DNA of 63,441 nucleotides, filler included, from Licmophora abbreviata (lineage: Eukaryota), in NCBI GenBank assembly GCA_900291995.1. It is 9 parts of 9 records of this genome, joined end to end, with 100 filler letters (N's around TTAATTAATTAA, not from the genome) between each part and the next. Parts side by side here need not be neighbours in the genome. Positions count along the whole stretch, not along the records: positions 57,685 to 62,068 come from OLMU01002955.1; positions 62,169 to 63,441 come from OLMU01002973.1; 7 more parts are not named here. The stretch is one strand, 5' to 3'. The first letter of the stretch is position 1. Each line of letters begins with the position of its first letter. Below the pieces are notes generated by a model that ran no database searches, was not told where the DNA came from, and saw only the letters and a program-made list of their open reading frames with translations. This document shows positions 60,052-63,441 of this stretch, one piece after another. The translations under genes and the position numbers were made by a program.

Positions 60052-61631
60052 ATGGGGTTGCGGTGCATCGACAGAGGCTCCGCCGCCATCGCGACCGTCT
60101 GCGGGGCCGCCTAAATCTGCCGGTGGAGGTACCTTTGATGGTGCGCGGAAAGAGAGTCCGGCAGAAGCCGCCAACTCGACCGGTATTGATCGTGACTTGG
60201 CGAGAGCACAGCAACAAGAAGAAGGAAAAGTAAAATTGCTCTTGCTGGGCGCCGGCGAGTCGGGAAAATCGACGATTTTCAAGCAGATGAGAATCTTGTA
60301 CGGGACACCTCGCCCTGTCGACGACTTGAAGTTGTACGGTGTAGTGGTGCGCTCGAATATCGTTACGGCAATGAAGAAACTTTGTCAACACCTTCGAAAT
60401 CTCGGTCTTGAGGATGCCCTCGCCAAAGAACCGACAGCCGAGTCGCGTGGTGGAAACCCTACCATGTCACCAAAAGAGGCTTTCGATGAACTTATTTCGT
60501 ATCTTGTTGACTGCACTGCGACCGCTCCCATTCAGAACGGGGATAGGAAGGACGATTGGGTGGGACATAGTCCCAGGGCGGGCAATGTGACGAACGCTCT
60601 CGCCACTGAATTTCTGGATCACGTTAATGCCATTCGGATTCTGTGGCAGGTAAGTTCATCGTTGGCAGAGCTTCCGAGGCCCGAGGCTACAGCCAGATGT
60701 ATAGGATCGTTTTCCTTGCGTGCAGGCCATGTCCAACATCGTGTATATCCCTGTTTTCTATGAGCAGTCTGAGACCATGAAAGAGGTATGGAAGAAACGA
60801 GCCCTAGTCAACGTGATCGATGGCCACAGAGTCTATTTGCAGGATTTGAACCGGATTGCCTCTCCGTCATACAAGCCTACGACGCAAGATATTCTGCTTG
60901 CACGTATACGGACGACACAAGTGATCATGGAACGTTATCGCATCGACGGGATCGAGTTTGAAATGTATGATGTCGGCGGTCAGCGGTCGGAGCGACGCAA
61001 GTGGATGGATTGCTTTGACGGCGTCGACGCGGTAATCTTCGTCGCTGCCTTGTCCGAGTATGACCAGTCATTAGCAGAGTCAAGGCGAACGAACCGAATG
61101 GTGGAAGCGTTGGACCTTTTTAGATCGGTATGTAACAATGCATCGTTCGCCGACACATCCATCATGCTATTCTTGAACAAGAAGGATATTTTCGCCGAGA
61201 AAATAATTTACAGTGATATCGCCGCGCAGAAGCCGTTCCAAGATTACTCGGGCCCACCAAATGATTTCGATAATGGCATCCTGTACTTTATTCAAAAGTT
61301 CAAGGATTGCCTAATTGACGACGAGTTCAGCGATTCGTTCATCCATGTTACATGTGCGACGGACACTAACAACAGTAAGTGCTGTGCCATTTCGACTGGC
61401 GTTGTTCAAACATTGGTCCGTTGCTCACGCGCCCTCTTTACTTCTTCTGTCGTTAACAGTGGAATTTGTACTCGATTCAACTCGAACAATTATCATGACA
61501 GACGTGAGTGTGTCGTCGTCTTCGTCGTCATTTGTGTATCACTGCCTTAATTGAGCGCTAACTTCAAATTGTCGTCGTCTCGTTGTGCCCTACAGAACCT
61601 AAGACGATCCGGCTTTCTTGGATGCGATTAA
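60052..61631 (+). CDS. Heterotrimeric G protein alpha subunit; 4 exons
   Basis: KLLLLGAGESGKSTIFKQM, RIRTT, DVGGQRSERRKW, FLNKKD and TCATDT. Introns 60650-60767, 61375-61459 and 61504-61595. An MGCGAS acylation start is restored by removing one G at 60054-60057. Confidence 0.95.
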
Positions 61632-62068
61632 ACGATATGCTAGATGTTTTGGATGTTTTATATGCCTTTTTTCCGTTGCGTCGACGAGGGAGCAAGCACA
61701 TACTTGGTAGAAGGATGTGTGCGCTAAAAGCTATTGCGACAACGCGATTTACCTGTACGACATCCCTCCCTCCATCTATGTTTGGGCAACAGTAGAGTGC
61801 TAATGCTTTTTGGTAGATATCAAAGTCTCTCACCCCAATCGAGTTCCACATTCATTAGGGCGTCTTAGCGAACGTCTGGTCGACTAGACAAGGACAGCCG
61901 ATGGAACAAACAAACTACTCCGAGTACCTACTACTTTGCTTGTCAGTCGTGTTGTCCGAGAACTCCCTCGTGATCAAGACCGAGCGGGCTAACTTTCTGC
62001 TGTAATCGCGAAATTTTGTATAAACTTCAACACTGTAGACTAGCATTTAGTCATTGCTTCCAAAAAAG

Positions 62069-62168
62069 NNNNNNNNNNNNNNNNNNNNNNNNNNNNNNNN
62101 NNNNNNNNNNNNTTAATTAATTAANNNNNNNNNNNNNNNNNNNNNNNNNNNNNNNNNNNNNNNNNNNN
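62069..62168. other. Assembly gap linker
   Basis: N44-TTAATTAATTAA-N44. Confidence 0.98.
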
Positions 62169-62169
62169 C

Positions 62170-63441
62170 TTGGGGCTGGACAATGAATCCGAATCCGTTG
62201 ACGGGGACGATGACACAGTTGCCACAAGCGGACTGTTGATTCCGATGGAGGCAGTCCACCAGCTCGAGCTAACTCTGTCAGCCCCCTTCAAAGCTCTCCC
62301 CCAGAATCACGAAGCAGTGCCAGAAACAATTGAAATACTGTGCTCTATCCTCAAACGCAATGTCCTCTGCAACGACAGGACAAGCGGGGTAGAAATTCTC
62401 AAGTTCGCAGCGTTACTCGCGCTCTCACGCCTTCGAATGTCTCATGACAGTCGTTTACTTCTCATCAGTCGAGGCAGTGTCTGCCAGCACGTGCCCAAGT
62501 CACTGATGCTGCTTCTTGGCGATGTTGTCGACGAAACTGATAGCGGGTATCTGATTGCGCCTTTCGTCCGAGTGGGTACTATGACCGGGTCGACTGGAAT
62601 CAACGGTGCAGATCGGCCACCGTCCGCTGAATCGACAACGATCTCGTTTGAGTCTTTGAGCGGTGCGATCGTTGATGCCCTTCACACCTCGCTTACCGGA
62701 GTCGTCGCATCGGCTCGCGATAACTACGACGACGTCGACTCGCGATTCCGTGCTACCTGCTACGACGCCTTAAGCAGCTTCGCGCTGTCAGGGTTGGATG
62801 TTTCCTGCTCCCATCATTTATCGTGCGTCCTGCTTGCATCCAAGTCGAGTGAGCCATATGACAGAACTGAGCGTCTGGCACGTTGCCGAGCTTTGTCGTT
62901 TGTTACGCAGCGATGCATTGTGAAACATCTCGATGTGGAAAAAGGAGGCCAAAGGGACAATGGTCGTATCTTAATCCAGGATCTGAAGGAGTTTTTGGAG
63001 AATCTGCTTCAGTTTTGTTGTTCGGACAACGAAACCGAGGTGCTGGCCGGCTGTCGAGCAATTGGAGCAATCGTGCCTGCACTAAGTCGGATCACTGTGG
63101 AGGACGAAGAGAGTATGCTTGAGCGCGTATCCTACCGGGTCATACAACGTCTAAGAGAGGAAATCGCTGCATCGTGTAGTGCCGACGAAACTCCGGATGA
63201 AACTTCATCAATCGCGGCAGGGGCCGCCCTGCTTTCTATTTTGTACAGCATCGTCACTCACTCCCACCGCGACGGAAGTGCTACTTCAAAAAATGTGCCA
63301 TTCGCGGCTGCATTGCTGTGCCTGGAGATCAACAGTGGGCCCACAACGCCTTTGAGTCAGGCGTGTAGATCCATTTCAGTAAGATGCTTGTCCACGGCTC
63401 TGTGTCGCATTGAAGAGAAAGATCTCAATAATCTGCCAGAG
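62170..63441 (+). CDS. Internal fragment of a large Leu-rich helical (possibly HEAT/ARM-like) hypothetical protein, open at both ends
   Basis: Manual translation from 62170 (LGLDNESES...KDLNNLPE) gives 424 codons with no stop. It is absent from the ORF track, probably because it has no stop codon inside the window. Confidence 0.7.
   Translation, partial: MGLDNESESVDGDDDTVATSGLLIPMEAVHQLELTLSAPFKALPQNHEAVPETIEILCSILKRNVLCNDRTSGVEILKFAALLALSRLRMSHDSRLLLISRGSVCQHVPKSLMLLLGDVVDETDSGYLIAPFVRVGTMTGSTGINGADRPPSAESTTISFESLSGAIVDALHTSLTGVVASARDNYDDVDSRFRATCYDALSSFALSGLDVSCSHHLSCVLLASKSSEPYDRTERLARCRALSFVTQRCIVKHLDVEKGGQRDNGRILIQDLKEFLENLLQFCCSDNETEVLAGCRAIGAIVPALSRITVEDEESMLERVSYRVIQRLREEIAASCSADETPDETSSIAAGAALLSILYSIVTHSHRDGSATSKNVPFAAALLCLEINSGPTTPLSQACRSISVRCLSTALCRIEEKDLNNLPE

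Noticed and set aside
12953..62168. Eight identical TTAATTAATTAA palindromes flanked by Ns, superficially a dispersed repeat or element end
   Set aside because: The fixed 44+12+44 layout with six-frame stops marks an artificial gap spacer. Genes appear to continue across at least two of them.
1..63441. Prokaryotic-style systems (CRISPR, operons, IS elements, defence islands), tRNA or rRNA genes, and selenocysteine or stop-readthrough recoding
   Set aside because: No repeat-spacer arrays, transposase or RT ORFs, or tRNA/rRNA signatures were seen. ORF breaks are explained by spliceosomal introns, single indels or pseudogene decay.

Overview
Gene-dense eukaryotic nuclear DNA, most likely a diatom. 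That assignment is inferred from short GT-AG introns, two bipartite signal+'AF' plastid presequences, a diatom-type cyclin, a mevalonate-pathway gene and an EF-hand AOX. It is a draft scaffold with eight artificial 100-nt gap linkers (N44-TTAATTAATTAA-N44). About 30 protein genes are recognisable, including an MDR dehydrogenase, RsmB, an ABCB half transporter, MVD, a TLC protein, a rhomboid, WDR24, AOX, two CRAL-TRIO paralogs, WDR75, RsmG, EXO1, a cyclin, RecQ, an R3H-DEAH helicase, GRAM-VASt, FSH1, a PreP-like M16C peptidase, VPS45, RPS29 and G-alpha, plus one decayed SGNH-like pseudogene. The most notable candidates are: (1) a spliced in-frame fusion of a DUF1244-like domain to a MogA/Cnx1G molybdenum-cofactor enzyme; (2) a stand-alone thymidylate-synthase-fold protein with a rewired active site; (3) an RPS29/uS14 that has lost three of four zinc-ligand cysteines; (4) a tandem pair of unknown proteins carrying a PP1-docking-like motif. 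Six genes show single-base frameshifts, mostly in short homopolymers, best explained as sequencing error. No rRNA, tRNA, CRISPR array or transposon could be supported. All family calls come from motif recognition by eye; no searches were run.
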